Positions 1 to 11,868 are shown, counted from the first letter of the stretch. The stretch is 30,591 bases of DNA from Eledone cirrhosa (GCA_964016885.1 CAXHJY010001620.1:1-30591), one strand, 5' to 3'. Notes: generated by a model not told the origin, from the sequence alone. Program-made: numbers and translations.

Positions 1-122
1 TTGGTGTAGTGTGGTGGTGTAGTGTGGTGGTGTAGTGTGGTGGTGTAGTGTGGTGGTGTAGTGTGGTGGAGTAGTGTGGTGGTGTAGTGTGGTGGTGTAG
101 TGTGGTGGAGTAGTGTGGTGGT
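1..122. repeat. 13-bp minisatellite (GTAGTGTGGTGGT)n
   Basis: GTAGT recurs at 6, 19, 32 etc.; the array runs off the window start. Confidence 0.9.
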
Positions 123-293
123 GTCGGGGTTAGTCAATTCATCCTCACTTTCTCTCTCTTTTACTTTCTATCATTCTCTGGAAGAAATTCTGCTGTACTC
201 AGGCCTAGAGAAGATATGAGCTCCTCTGGGTTTAAAATGACCCCAAAATGCCGAACTGGAATATTACTACGACTCCCTCCTAATCTAAACAAA

Positions 294-553
294 TAATGGT
301 TTCTACTTTTGGCACAAGGCCAGCAATTACCCCAGTGCATTACTGGTACTTTACAGTACACAGAAAACCGAAGGGTGGTTTTTCTGTTAGTATATATATA
401 ATTGTTTCTACTCTTGGCACAAGGCCAGCAATTACCCCAGTGCATTACTGGTACTTTACAGTACACAGAAAACCGAAGGGTGGTTTTTCTGTTAGTATAT
501 ATATAATTGTTTCTACTATTGGCACAAGGCCAGCAATTACCCAGTACATTACT
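294..553. repeat. 105-bp tandem repeat (about 2.5 units) made of a SINE 3' end plus flank
   Basis: GGCACAAGGCCAGCAATTAC starts at 311, 416 and 521; the unit contains the small hairpin ACAGAAAACC...GGTTTTTCTGT. Confidence 0.9.
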
Positions 554-689
554 GGTACTTTATTTTATCGACCCCGTAAGGATGAAAGGCAAAGTCAACC
601 TCGGCGGGATTTGAACTCAGATCGTAAAGGGACGTAACTCTATGCTGGAAAGCATGGCGTCTGACCTTCTCCTGATACTGCCAATCCAA
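508..689 (-). mobile_element. tRNA-derived SINE, family A (octopus-type)
   Basis: Minus strand has A-box-like TGGCAGTATCAGG, B box GAGTTCAAATCC and core GCCTTTCATCCTTACGGGGTCGATAAAATAAAGTACCAG; 15-bp TSD TAGTATATATATAAT at 493-507 and 690-704. Confidence 0.9.
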
Positions 690-773
690 TAGTATATATA
701 TAATGCATATACATATATAGTATATGCATACAAATATGTTTTATATATTTACTTGTATATGAAATATATATAT

Positions 774-968
774 ATAGGAACGAGTAGGACCCCGACGGTT
801 GAGCTCAAGCCGTTTCGACGGCTGAGCTCAAGCCGTTTCGATGGCTAATTCTGGACTAGTCGAAACGGCTTGAGCTCAGCTGTCGGGGTCCTACTCGTTC
901 CTATTACCCTAAGTATTGAGTACTTTGGTGCGTTATGGTCCATCTGGTTCTTTACCACATTTCCTTCG

Positions 969-971
<3 letters not shown>
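774..971. mobile_element. Fold-back (palindromic) interspersed repeat inserted in (TA)n, copy 1
   Basis: Inverted arms GGAACGAGTAGGACCCCGAC...GTCGGGGTCCTACTCGTTCC with an internal ~20-bp duplication; homologous to 14204-14417 and 5411-5545. Confidence 0.8.
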
Positions 972-1005
<34 letters not shown>

Positions 1006-1107
1006 AGTGTAATATACATATATATATATATATACACGTAATATACATAGATATGATATATTTGTGTGTGTGTGTGTAATTTATATAAATATATGGAATA
1101 TATATAT

Positions 1108-1324
1108 TAAAGATCGACTTTTGTCAAATCGGACCGAGGAAACAATGTTTCCGTTGGTCTTTCCAATTGCTAATACTATCTATCGGTCGCAACTCCAGGT
1201 AGAAGGAGCAACGTGAAATAAAGTGTCTTGCTCAAGGACATAACGCATCGCCCGGTCCAGGAATCGAACTTTAACCTCACGATTGCGAATCCAATTCTCT
1301 AACCACTCAGCCACACGCCTTCAC
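1108..1324 (-). mobile_element. tRNA-derived SINE, family B
   Basis: Minus strand has A box TGGCTGAGTGG, B box GTTCGATTCC, then the TGTCCTTGAGCAAGACACTT motif common to many metazoan SINEs; TSD ATGGAATATATATAT at 1093-1107 and 1325-1339. Confidence 0.85.
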
Positions 1325-1341
1325 ATGGAATATATATATAA

Positions 1342-1531
1342 TTATTTCTACTTTTGGCACAAGGCCAGCAATTATTCCAGTGTATTACTGGTACTTTATT
1401 TCATCGACCCCCGTAAGGAGGAAAGGCAAAGTTAACCTCGGCGGGAATTGAACTCAGAATAGCGAGGGCCGTAACTCTATGCTGGAAAGCATGGCGTCCG
1501 ACCCTCTACCCATACTGCCAATTCACCGCCC
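1342..1531 (-). mobile_element. tRNA-derived SINE, family A
   Basis: Near-full-length match to the other family A copies. Confidence 0.9.
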
Positions 1532-1561
1532 TATATTATACAAATAATCTATACAAATAAT

Positions 1562-1743
1562 TATTTCTACTTTAGGCACAAGGCCAGCAAATGACCCAGT
1601 ATATTACTGGTACTTTATTTTATCGACCCCGTAAGGATGAAAGGCAAAGTCAACCTCAGCGGGATTTGAACTCAGAATGGCAAGGGCCGTAACTCTATGC
1701 GTCAAAGCATGGCGTCCGACCCTCTACCGATACTGCCAATCCA
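1562..1743 (-). mobile_element. tRNA-derived SINE, family A
   Basis: Family A match; 13-bp TSD CTATACAAATAAT at 1549-1561 and 1744-1756. Confidence 0.9.
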
Positions 1744-1756
1744 CTATACAAATAAT

Positions 1757-1812
1757 GGCGAATTGGCAGAGTTGTTAGAACCTCGCGTAGAATACTTTAC
1801 GGCAGGCATTTA
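1757..1812 (+). mobile_element. SINE 5' head fragment (A-box region)
   Basis: GGCGAATTGGCAGAGTTGTTAG resembles a tRNA-SINE head; a B-box/core fragment follows at 2621-2661. Confidence 0.5.
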
Positions 1813-2503
1813 TGGTGTCTGAGGCTCACATGGGTTGTCTGAGGGTCACATGGGTCACAGATGTGTTGTCTGAGGTCCACATATGTGTTGTCTGAGGTCC
1901 ACATGGGTCACATATGTGTTGTCTGAGGGTCACATGGGTCACAGATGTGTTGTCTGAGGTCCACATGGGTCACATATGCGTTGTCTGAGGTCCACATGGG
2001 TCACATGTGTGTTGTCTGAGAGCTACATGGGTCACATGTGTGTTGTCTGAGGTCCACATGGGTCACATTTGTGTTGTCTGATGGCCACATGGTTCACAGA
2101 TGCGTTGTCTGAGGGCCACATGGGTCACAGATGTGTTGTCTGAGGGCCACATGGGTCATAGATGTGTTGTCTGCGGGCCACATGGGTCATAGATGTGTTG
2201 TCTGAGGACCACATGGGTCACATATGTGTTGTTTGAGGTCCACATGGGTCACATGGGTCACATATGTGTTGTCTGAGGGCCACATGGGTCACAGATGTGT
2301 TGTCTGAGGTCCACATGGGTCACATATGTGTTGTCTGAGGGCCACATGGGTCACAGATGTGTTGTCTGAGGGCCACATGGGTCACATATGTGTTGTCTGA
2401 GGTCCACATGGGTCACATATGGGTTGTCTGAGGGCCACATGGGTCATAGATGTGTTGTCTGAGGGCCACGAGGGTCACCTATGTGTTGCCTGAAGGCCAC
2501 ACA
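1813..2503. repeat. 31-bp minisatellite (GTTGTCTGAGGGCCACATGGGTCACAGATGT)n, about 22 units
   Basis: GTCTGAG periodicity of 31 (e.g. 1921, 1952). Confidence 0.95.
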
Positions 2504-2620
2504 TGACAACTAATTGCGTACATTACATCTATTTCTTTAAAATGTTATATTACGAAGATAAAAAAAAAAAGGTCGTGCTGTAAAAAACCTTTGTGTGGGC
2601 CGCTTGTGTGCTTGTTTCAG

Positions 2621-2661
2621 TTCTCTGAGTTCGAACCCTGCCGAGGTAAACTTTGCCTTTC
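2621..2661 (+). mobile_element. SINE B-box/core fragment
   Basis: CTGAGTTCGAACCCTGCCGAGGTAAACTTTGCCTTTC matches the family A B-box and core. Confidence 0.7.
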
Positions 2662-2778
2662 GACCAGGCGTGTCATTTTTGCTGTCTTTTATATTTCTAT
2701 TTCATTTATCATTGTAGCATATATATATATGAACAAACTCATATATATATATATTGTTATAATGTTGCCAGAAATAAT

Positions 2779-2964
2779 TGTTTCTACTTTAGGCACAAGG
2801 CCAGCAAATACCCAGTACATTACTGGTACTTTATTTTATCGACCCCGTAAGGATGAAAGGCAAAGTCAACCTCGGCGGGATTTGAACTCAGATCGTAAAG
2901 GGACGTAACTATGCTGCAAAGCATGGCGTCCGACCCTCTACTGATACTGCCAATCTACCGCCCT
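2779..2964 (-). mobile_element. tRNA-derived SINE, family A, full length
   Basis: 14-bp TSD TTGCCAGAAATAAT at 2765-2778 and 2965-2978. Confidence 0.92.
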
Positions 2965-2979
2965 TTGCCAGAAATAATA

Positions 2980-3041
2980 ACATATATATATATATGTATA
3001 TATATAAAAAATAAATATATTATATATATATATATAAAAAA

Positions 3042-3081
<40 letters not shown>

Positions 3082-3116
3082 AAATATATTATATATATGT
3101 ATATAAAAAATAAATA

Positions 3117-3178
<62 letters not shown>

Positions 3179-3276
3179 AACATGTGAGAAAGAGCGTTTG
3201 TATATTTTTGTGCGAATGCATATATCTATGAATGTATGTATGTATATTCATGTGCATATATATATATGTATATTCA

Positions 3277-3336
<60 letters not shown>

Positions 3337-3674
3337 CGTGCGCGCGTGTGCGCGTGCGTGTGTGTGTGTGTGTGTGTGTGTGTCGTCAAGTATGAAATTT
3401 GTAGATATTTTTAGAAATAAAACAAATTTCTACAAATTTCATACTTGACACCCCAATATATATATATATATATATATATTATGTTGAGAGGAAGAGTGTG
3501 GAGCCCTGGCACCAGTCTTTTGGTTCCTTTCCGCCATAGCTACATAATTCTCAGTTCTAGTCCTCTCCCGCCGCTCTCTAATATCCGGACTCTGGAGGTT
3601 TTGTGTCAGAGATATTTCTGTGTTTTCTTTCAACCAGCAAATCGGAATATTTTAGCCTCCAGGTCACAAATCAC

Positions 3675-3721
<47 letters not shown>

Positions 3722-4078
3722 ATGTGTGTGTATACATATATATATAAATATATGTGTATACATATATATATAAATATGTGTGTATATATATATATATATA
3801 AATGTGTATACATATGTATACATATATATGTGTATACATATGTATACATATATATGTGTATACATATGTATACATATATATGTGTATACATATGTATACA
3901 TATATGTGTGTATATATATGTATACATATATGTGTGTATATATATGTATACATATATATGTGTATATATATGTATACATATATAAGTGTATATATATGTA
4001 TACATATATATGTGTATATATATGCATACATATATATATATATATATATATGCATACATATATATATATATATATATG

Positions 4079-4116
<38 letters not shown>

Positions 4117-4361
4117 TACATATATATATATATGCATACATATATATGTATGCATACATATATATGTATGCATACATATACAGTATATATATATATATAG
4201 ATGCAGAGATATACACGCATATATATATACACACTCGTATATGCGTATATACATATAGTCATATATGTATATATATATATATATATATAAATATATATAT
4301 ATATATTTATATATATTTATATATATTTATATATATATATATATATATTTATATAAACATA

Positions 4362-4426
<65 letters not shown>

Positions 4427-4490
4427 CATATAAATATATATATGTATATATATATACACACATACACACACAAACACATATATATATAGT
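2980..4490. repeat. Compound (TA)n/(TG)n/(TATG)n microsatellites with a unique island at about 3480-3675
   Basis: Direct inspection. Confidence 0.9.
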
Positions 4491-4974
4491 TTACTACCTA
4501 AGATAGAGCAAAATTCTCCCCTCGACCAACTATTATTTGCCTCACTAACTTCACAGAATTTACCAAAAAATCTGCTGCTCCTTCCAATATGTAAAATATC
4601 AATTTTTTGAGGAAAAAGAGCGAAAAATATAGAAACATAAAAAGATAATTTTTATAATTAACCTTCCTTTAACAATTTTTATATTATATAACATTGATAG
4701 AAGTTTACGTCTATATAGGTAGGGTGTATATAAACGTGTGTATGTATACGCATATATGTGTATGTTATGTAAGTATATACATAAATATATATTAGAGAAA
4801 AAAAAACGAGGAAGTTTCGTTGATATGTATATAATATATATATACACAGCAATATTTCTATTACATAAGATATGGATGCCTAGAAATGGTGTCATAGGAA
4901 CTCGGTTACATCATTTTAGCTGGAGGCATTATTCGAATAATTGACATTACTGTCCTCTATCTATCTCTCTATCT

Positions 4975-5068
4975 AGAGAGAGAGAGAGTGAAAGAGGGAG
5001 AGAGAGGGAGAAAGAGGGAGAGAGAGGGAGAAAGAGGGAGAAAGAGGGAGAGAGAGAGAGAGAAAAGG

Positions 5069-5100
<32 letters not shown>

Positions 5101-5410
5101 AAGAGGGAGAGAGAGGGAGAAAATGGAGAGAGAGAGGGAGAAAAGGGGGAGAGAGAGGGAGAAAAGGGGGAGAGAGAGGGAGAAAAGGGAGAGAGAGAGG
5201 GAGAAAAGGGGGGGAGAGAGAGGGAGGTAGAAAGAGGGAGGCATAAAGAGGGAGAGAGAGGGAGAGAGAGAATGAGGGAGAGAGAAAAAGGGAGAATGAA
5301 AGAGGGAGAGAGAAAGAGGGAGAGAGAAAGAGGGAGAAAGAGAGAGAGGGAGACAGAGAGAGAAAGAGGGAGACAGAGAGGGAGACAGAGAGAGAGAAAT
5401 AGAGAGAGAG
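4975..5410. repeat. GA-rich polypurine compound repeat
   Basis: Almost exclusively G/A on the + strand. Confidence 0.95.
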
Positions 5411-5545
5411 CGGATCTAGCTGTCGAAACGGCCGGAGCTCAACCGCCGGGGCCCTGAATCTTTTCATATTACCCACTCTACTATCCCAAGTATCGAGTAC
5501 TCTGGTGGGTTAGGATCTAGCTGGTTTTTACCAGACCCTATCTGT
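5411..5545. mobile_element. Diverged copy of the fold-back family, without the inverted arm
   Basis: GTCGAAACGGCCGGAGCTCAACCGCCGGGG and TATTACCCACTCTACTATCCCAAGTATCGAGTACTCTGGTG align to 14288-14371. Confidence 0.75.
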
Positions 5546-5579
<34 letters not shown>

Positions 5580-5689
5580 AAAGTTCTATTTAAATCGTTG
5601 GGATACAACAAGCAAATATTTTTATAACTGATATAAAGCACTCAACAAGTATTTAGAGTAAACATACGATATTAAACAAATGGAAACTA

Positions 5690-5796
5690 TATTTATAAAA
5701 CCATATTTATTTCATTATACATATTTCAAGGACACCAAGTTAAATTATGGTGTGCTTTCATCAGATAAAATATAATATAGATCAGTTTTATAAATA
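5690..5796 (-). ncRNA. Type I hammerhead ribozyme motif (PLE-like, quasi-palindromic helix III)
   Basis: Minus strand: CUGAUGA (5764-5758), helix II AAG-C-ACACCA/UGGUGU-C-CUU, GAAAUAUGUAUA, long bulged helix I; predicted cleavage after AUA between 5716 and 5715. Confidence 0.8.
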
Positions 5797-5916
5797 AATA
5801 TTGACATACCCTTAAAAAATACGACCATTACTGTTGGAAGCTCCCGGATAGTGTTGGAAGCTCCCGGATATATATATACAGTTGAAAATTGCAAACTCGA
5901 CTGTCACCACATATTA

Positions 5917-5955
5917 TGAACCTGAAGATTGCGAAAGCATGAAAGTACTTGTTCA
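5917..5955 (+). ncRNA. Minimal type I hammerhead ribozyme motif
   Basis: UGAAC-CUGAAGA-U-UGC-GAAA-GCA-U-GAA-AGUACU-U|GUUCA; palindromic helix III AGUACU; U.U mismatch at the base of helix II. Confidence 0.65.
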
Positions 5956-6123
5956 ATTAACATTTAGAATTTAATATTCTATCATACTATTTCATTATAA
6001 TACCATTATATATTTTAAAGGATTGTAAATAAAACGAGTAAATCAGACAAAGTTGGAATTCCTCTTATTAATATAATCTTCTATACACAATCATACACAC
6101 CCGTGTATATTTACCTATCTATA

Positions 6124-6159
<36 letters not shown>

Positions 6160-6204
6160 CATACGTACAGACAGACATTTTGACGTGCGTCTACATGTGA
6201 AAAA

Positions 6205-6297
6205 CATATATCTGAGGAGCTTTCGATTCCCGAGTCAGGAACGACATCAATCGATTGTTCCTCGAGCTGATCGACAATGAAACATATGTAATATGTG
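6205..6297 (+). ncRNA. Type I hammerhead ribozyme motif with long helix II
   Basis: CAUAUAU-CUGAGGA-[UCGAUU/GAUCGA; AGGAACGA/UUGUUCCU]-GAA-ACAUAUGU-A|AUAUGUG; base of helix II imperfect. Confidence 0.6.
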
Positions 6298-6424
6298 GTT
6301 AAATATGTATATGATGCAACAGTGATTCTTTGTTCCCTAATTATTTTATATATATGACCGGCAACCGCTCTGTATAATCAGTTCCTGATTATTACTTTAA
6401 TTCTGTAAGAATCCATCATTCATA

Positions 6425-6519
6425 ATTTTCAGCAAACAGGAGGAGTGCCGAGCTTTGATAAGTACCAACAAGTACGAAACAGAGTTCTGTCAGCTTATCT
6501 CTCCTTGTTTGCTGAAAAT
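6425..6519 (+). ncRNA. Type I hammerhead ribozyme, U3:A8 core variant, full helix III
   Basis: GAGCU-UUGAUAA-GUAC-CAACAA-GUAC-GAA-ACAG-AGUU-CUGU-C|AGCUU; helix I extended by AUUUUCAGCAAACAGGAG/CUCCUUGUUUGCUGAAAAU. Confidence 0.85.
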
Positions 6520-6704
6520 AAAAGTAAGTGACATTGTCACTACTTTAAAACAATAGCGTAAGGTCTTCAAAATGTTTTTAATTAAGCATACAATGTATTG
6601 CAAAATACACTATATATATATATATATATATATATGCGAGTGCATCTATTTTTGTATTTCATTGTTTGTCTATATATATGTGTGTGTGTGGCTGTGCATG
6701 TATG

Positions 6705-6745
<41 letters not shown>

Positions 6746-6888
6746 ATTAAAATACTGGGGCGTGTTGGAGTTAAACACCCTCTTCGTATTATAGAAATGA
6801 CAGTAAAAGGTATAGCTCAATGTAATTAAACAGAGCCGAAGAATTATGAAAATAAAACAAAGAAGCCTTCAATACATCAAAAGTCTTT

Positions 6889-6933
6889 ATTAGCCAACAA
6901 TGTTTCGTCCTATTAAGGACTCATCAGGGCAAT
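6889..6933 (-). ncRNA. Minimal type I hammerhead ribozyme motif
   Basis: Minus strand: AUUGCC-CUGAUGA-GUCCU-UAAU-AGGAC-GAA-ACAUUGU-U|GGCUAAU; canonical core and G10.1-C11.1 pair. Confidence 0.8.
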
Positions 6934-7220
6934 CAAAACCACAAGAAGCACTATCGGCCAATACAAGCCGAAAACTCCGAAGAATATGGAGTGTACATAC
7001 ACTAAAGTATTGGAAGATTATGGGTAAAAATATATAATAAAAATCACTAAGGAGGTGGATAACATTTTGAACCATATTACATATATATATATGCACACAA
7101 ACAGACACACATACATACATTTATATATTCATACATATAGAAAGATAGATTAACAGACAGCAGACAGATAAATATACGTATATATATATATATATATAAT
7201 ATTCAGGATACTATTTATGC

Positions 7221-7316
7221 TTATGTATATTTTAAACTTTTTATAGTTATGTATATTTTAAACTTTTAATAGTTATGTATATTTTAAACTTTTAATAGTT
7301 ATGTATATGTTAAACC
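7221..7316. repeat. ~26-bp tandem repeat (TTATGTATATTTTAAACTTTTAATAG), about 3.5 units
   Basis: Direct inspection. Confidence 0.85.
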
Positions 7317-7534
7317 TTAAACAGTGAAGGTCAGTAATTTATTACTACCTTATTACCAGTAAGATAAATAGCTCAATGTAATAACATCATTTGTTCTACA
7401 TATATTTGAATTGCTGTACAAAGATAGTATAGTATAATATATGTCACTCCACTGTACATCAATATATATATATATGTATCTGTATGTCTCTTGCGTTGGA
7501 TAGGAGGTCAATTATATGTACAAACACTGAAAAA

Positions 7535-7581
7535 TGCTCCGAAGACTCCAAGCCTAGGTTTGGATGAAACAATTGTAAGTG
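7535..7581 (+). ncRNA. Variant or degenerate minimal hammerhead motif (CCGAAGA core)
   Basis: UGCU-CCGAAGA-C-UCCAAGC-CUAG-GUUUGGA-U-GAA-ACAAUUGU-A|AGUG; palindromic helix III; U4 replaced by C. Confidence 0.5.
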
Positions 7582-7619
7582 AATAAATGCTTTGAACATA
7601 GCTTTGATTCTTGTGAATT

Positions 7620-8470
<851 letters not shown>

Positions 8471-8919
8471 ATGTTAAATTTGAACTTATAATCACCTCTA
8501 ATTTGGCAAGAAAGCAGATGAGTTAATCGGTGAGCTCATTTAATACGAGACCTATGTATTAATTGGCGAAACGAATTTGGAAATTAAAAGTCAGGTTTAA
8601 TGTTCATTTGTCTTGAATAATTGCTGTAGCGTTGCTCATTGATTCAGTAAAGCTCGACTAAAGCGGACATAGTTTGTAAATGGCTTTTCATTACAACGTT
8701 AATGAATCGTCATAAAGCATAGTGAGACAACAAGCTGTGGAGTCTTGTTACCTCATTACACCATTACCTAAAGTTACTTAACAAAAATCCAGGTTGGTTG
8801 TTTGGTTGGTTGTTTGGTTGGTTTGTTTGTTCGTTTTATTACGACATTGTTGTCGTTGTCGTGGTCACAGTATTGACACCTCCTCCTCCACCTGGCGGAG
8901 AGTTGTGGGGGTTATAGGT

Positions 8920-9397
8920 GTGAGAGTGTGGTGAACAGTGGCGGTGGTGGTGGTGGGAATAGTGTGGTGGTGGTGGTGGTGGTAGTGGGCGCGAATGCGT
9001 GGTGAGTGATATTATGGCTTTGGTGGCTGTGGTAGTTATGGGAGCGATGTGGTGAAAACGGTGTTGTTGTTGTTGTGGTTGTGCTGGTGTAGTAGTGGTA
9101 GTGGTGGTGGTGCTGTAGTAGTGGTGGCATAGTGGTGAGTGTGTAGTGCTGTAGTGGCGGTGGTGGTGTGGTGGTGGTGGTGGTGGTGGTGTAGTGGTGG
9201 TGGCGGTGTGGTGCTGTACTGGTAGTGGTGTGCTGGTGGTGGTGCTGTAGTGGTGGTGGTGGTATAGTGGTGGTGCTGGTGTAGTGGTGGTGGTTGAGGT
9301 GGTGGTGGGCGGTTATGGGGGACGGAAAGTGGATGTATCGTATCGGTATAATGACATAACATTGCGTGCTTTGGAATTGAGTTCGGACGAAGTTGGC

Positions 9398-9428
<31 letters not shown>

Positions 9429-9570
9429 GCGGCGATAACAGCAGGAACAGTGCTGACGATGACGATGACAGCAGCGGGGATGATAACCACGACGATGACG
9501 AAAATAACGGTAATGATGACAGATATTGATGACGATGACAACGATCATGGTAGTGATTGTGATGGCGACG
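8920..9570. repeat. Degenerate (GTG)n then (GAT)n trinucleotide repeats
   Basis: Direct inspection. Confidence 0.85.
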
Positions 9571-10300
9571 ATAGATACATCACGTCTCCAGATACAACAC
9601 GTCTCCAGATACATCACATCTCCAGATACAACACGTCTCCAGATACATCACGTCTCCAGATACAACACGTCTCCAGATACATCACATCTCCAGATACAAC
9701 ACGTCTCCAGATACAACACGTCTCCAGATACAACACGTCTCCAGATACAACACGTCTCCAGATACATCACATCTCAAGATGTAACATCTCCAAATACATC
9801 ACATCTCCAGATGTAACACATTTCCAGATACATCACATCTCCAGATGTAACACATCTCCAAGTACATCACATCTCCAGATACATGTAACACATCTCAAGA
9901 TGTAACACATCTCCAGATACATCACATCTCCAGATACAACACATCTCCAGATACATCACATCTCCAGATGTAACACATCTCCAAGTTCATCACATCTCCA
10001 GATACATCACATCTCCAGATGTAACATCTCCAAGTTCATCACATCTCCAGATACATCACATCTCAAGATGTAACATCTCCTGATACATCACATCTCCAGA
10101 TGTAACACATCTCCAGATACATCACATCTCCAGATGTAACACATCTCCAAGTTCATCACATCTCCAGATACAACACATCTCCAGATAGAACACATCTCCA
10201 GATGTAACTCATCTCCAGATACAACACATCTCCAGATACATCACATCTCCAGATGTAACACATCACATCTCCAGATGTAACACATCTCCAGATACAACAT
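9571..10300. repeat. 17-bp minisatellite (ACATCTCCAGATACATC and variants), about 43 units
   Basis: TCTCCAGA at 9602, 9619, 9636 etc. Confidence 0.95.
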
Positions 10301-11518
10301 AACCACCAACATCATTACAACTACTACTCCCACCACCACCACCACTACGGCCACCACCAGCACTAATACTACTACTTCTACCACTACTACTGCCGCTCTT
10401 GTTACTACTACTAACACTACTACTACTACTACTATCACTATTATTAACACTACTACTACTATCACTAGTATCACTACTACTACCACTATTACTAACATTA
10501 CTACTACTACTATCACTATTACTAACACTACTACTATCACTACTACTGCTACTACTATCACTACTACTGCTACTACTATCACTACTACTACTACTACTAC
10601 TACCACCACTGCTACTACTACCACTACTACTACTACTACTATCACTACTACCACTACTACAACAACTACTCCTAACACTACTACTGCTACTACTACTGCT
10701 ACTACTATCACTACTACTGCTACTACTATCACAGCTACTGCTACTACCACTACTACTACTACTACTACTATCACTACTACTGCTACTACTACTATCACTA
10801 CTACTGCTACTACTACTACTACTACTATCACTACTACTGCTGCTGCTATCACCTTGTTCTTAGTTCATATGATTTATGAGCTCTGAATGTTGTTGCTTCC
10901 GTGTATCTCTGTAGCTCCTCCACCACCACAACCATCACCACCACCACCACCACAACCATCACCATCACCATCACCACCACCACCACCACCATCACCGCCA
11001 CCACCACCACAACTTTCACCATCAACCCCACCCCAACCATCGCCGCTATCACCACCACCACCACAACCACCACCACAACCATCACCACCAACACCACCAC
11101 AACCATCACCACAACCACCACCACAACCACCACCACAACCATCACCACCACCACCACAACCATCGCCACAACTTTCACCATCAACCCCACCCCAACCATC
11201 GCCGCTATCACCACCACCACCACCATAATCATCATCATCACCAATCTCACCACCACCACCACCACCACCACAACCATCGCCACAACTTTTACCATCAACC
11301 CCACCCCAACCATCGCCGCTATCACCACCACCACCACCACCATCATCACCATCACCAATCTCACCACCACCCTTATCATCACAACCATCGCCACAACTTT
11401 TATCATCAACCCCAACCCAACCACCACCATCAATACCAACATCATCATCACAATCACCCCCCACCACCACCCCACCACCCACCACCCCCACCACCCTCAT
11501 CCCCACCACTACCACTTC
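10300..11518. repeat. (ACT)n then (CCA)n degenerate trinucleotide repeats with higher-order duplications
   Basis: Direct inspection. Confidence 0.9.
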
Positions 11519-11602
11519 ATGATTCAGTGAGGATTTCCCGCCATTGACAGTTTTACAAGCTAAAGAAAAGTTATTATCAGGCAACATACAAAATCACTAA
11601 CA

Positions 11603-11637
11603 ATATATATATATGTATATATATATATGTATATATC

Positions 11638-11680
<43 letters not shown>

Positions 11681-11719
11681 GTGTGTGTGTGTGTGTATGT
11701 ATATATTGTTATATATATG

Positions 11720-11750
<31 letters not shown>

Positions 11751-11835
11751 GTATATATATATGGTTATATATATGTATATATGTATATATAATATATATA
11801 TATGTATATATATATATATAATATATATATACATG

Positions 11836-11868
<33 letters not shown>

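Noticed and set aside
161-637. ORFs of 101 and 113 aa with repeated peptides
   Set aside because: They derive from the 105-bp tandem SINE-tail duplication.
1200-1324. tRNA gene
   Set aside because: A and B boxes are present but belong to a TSD-flanked SINE; no convincing cloverleaf.
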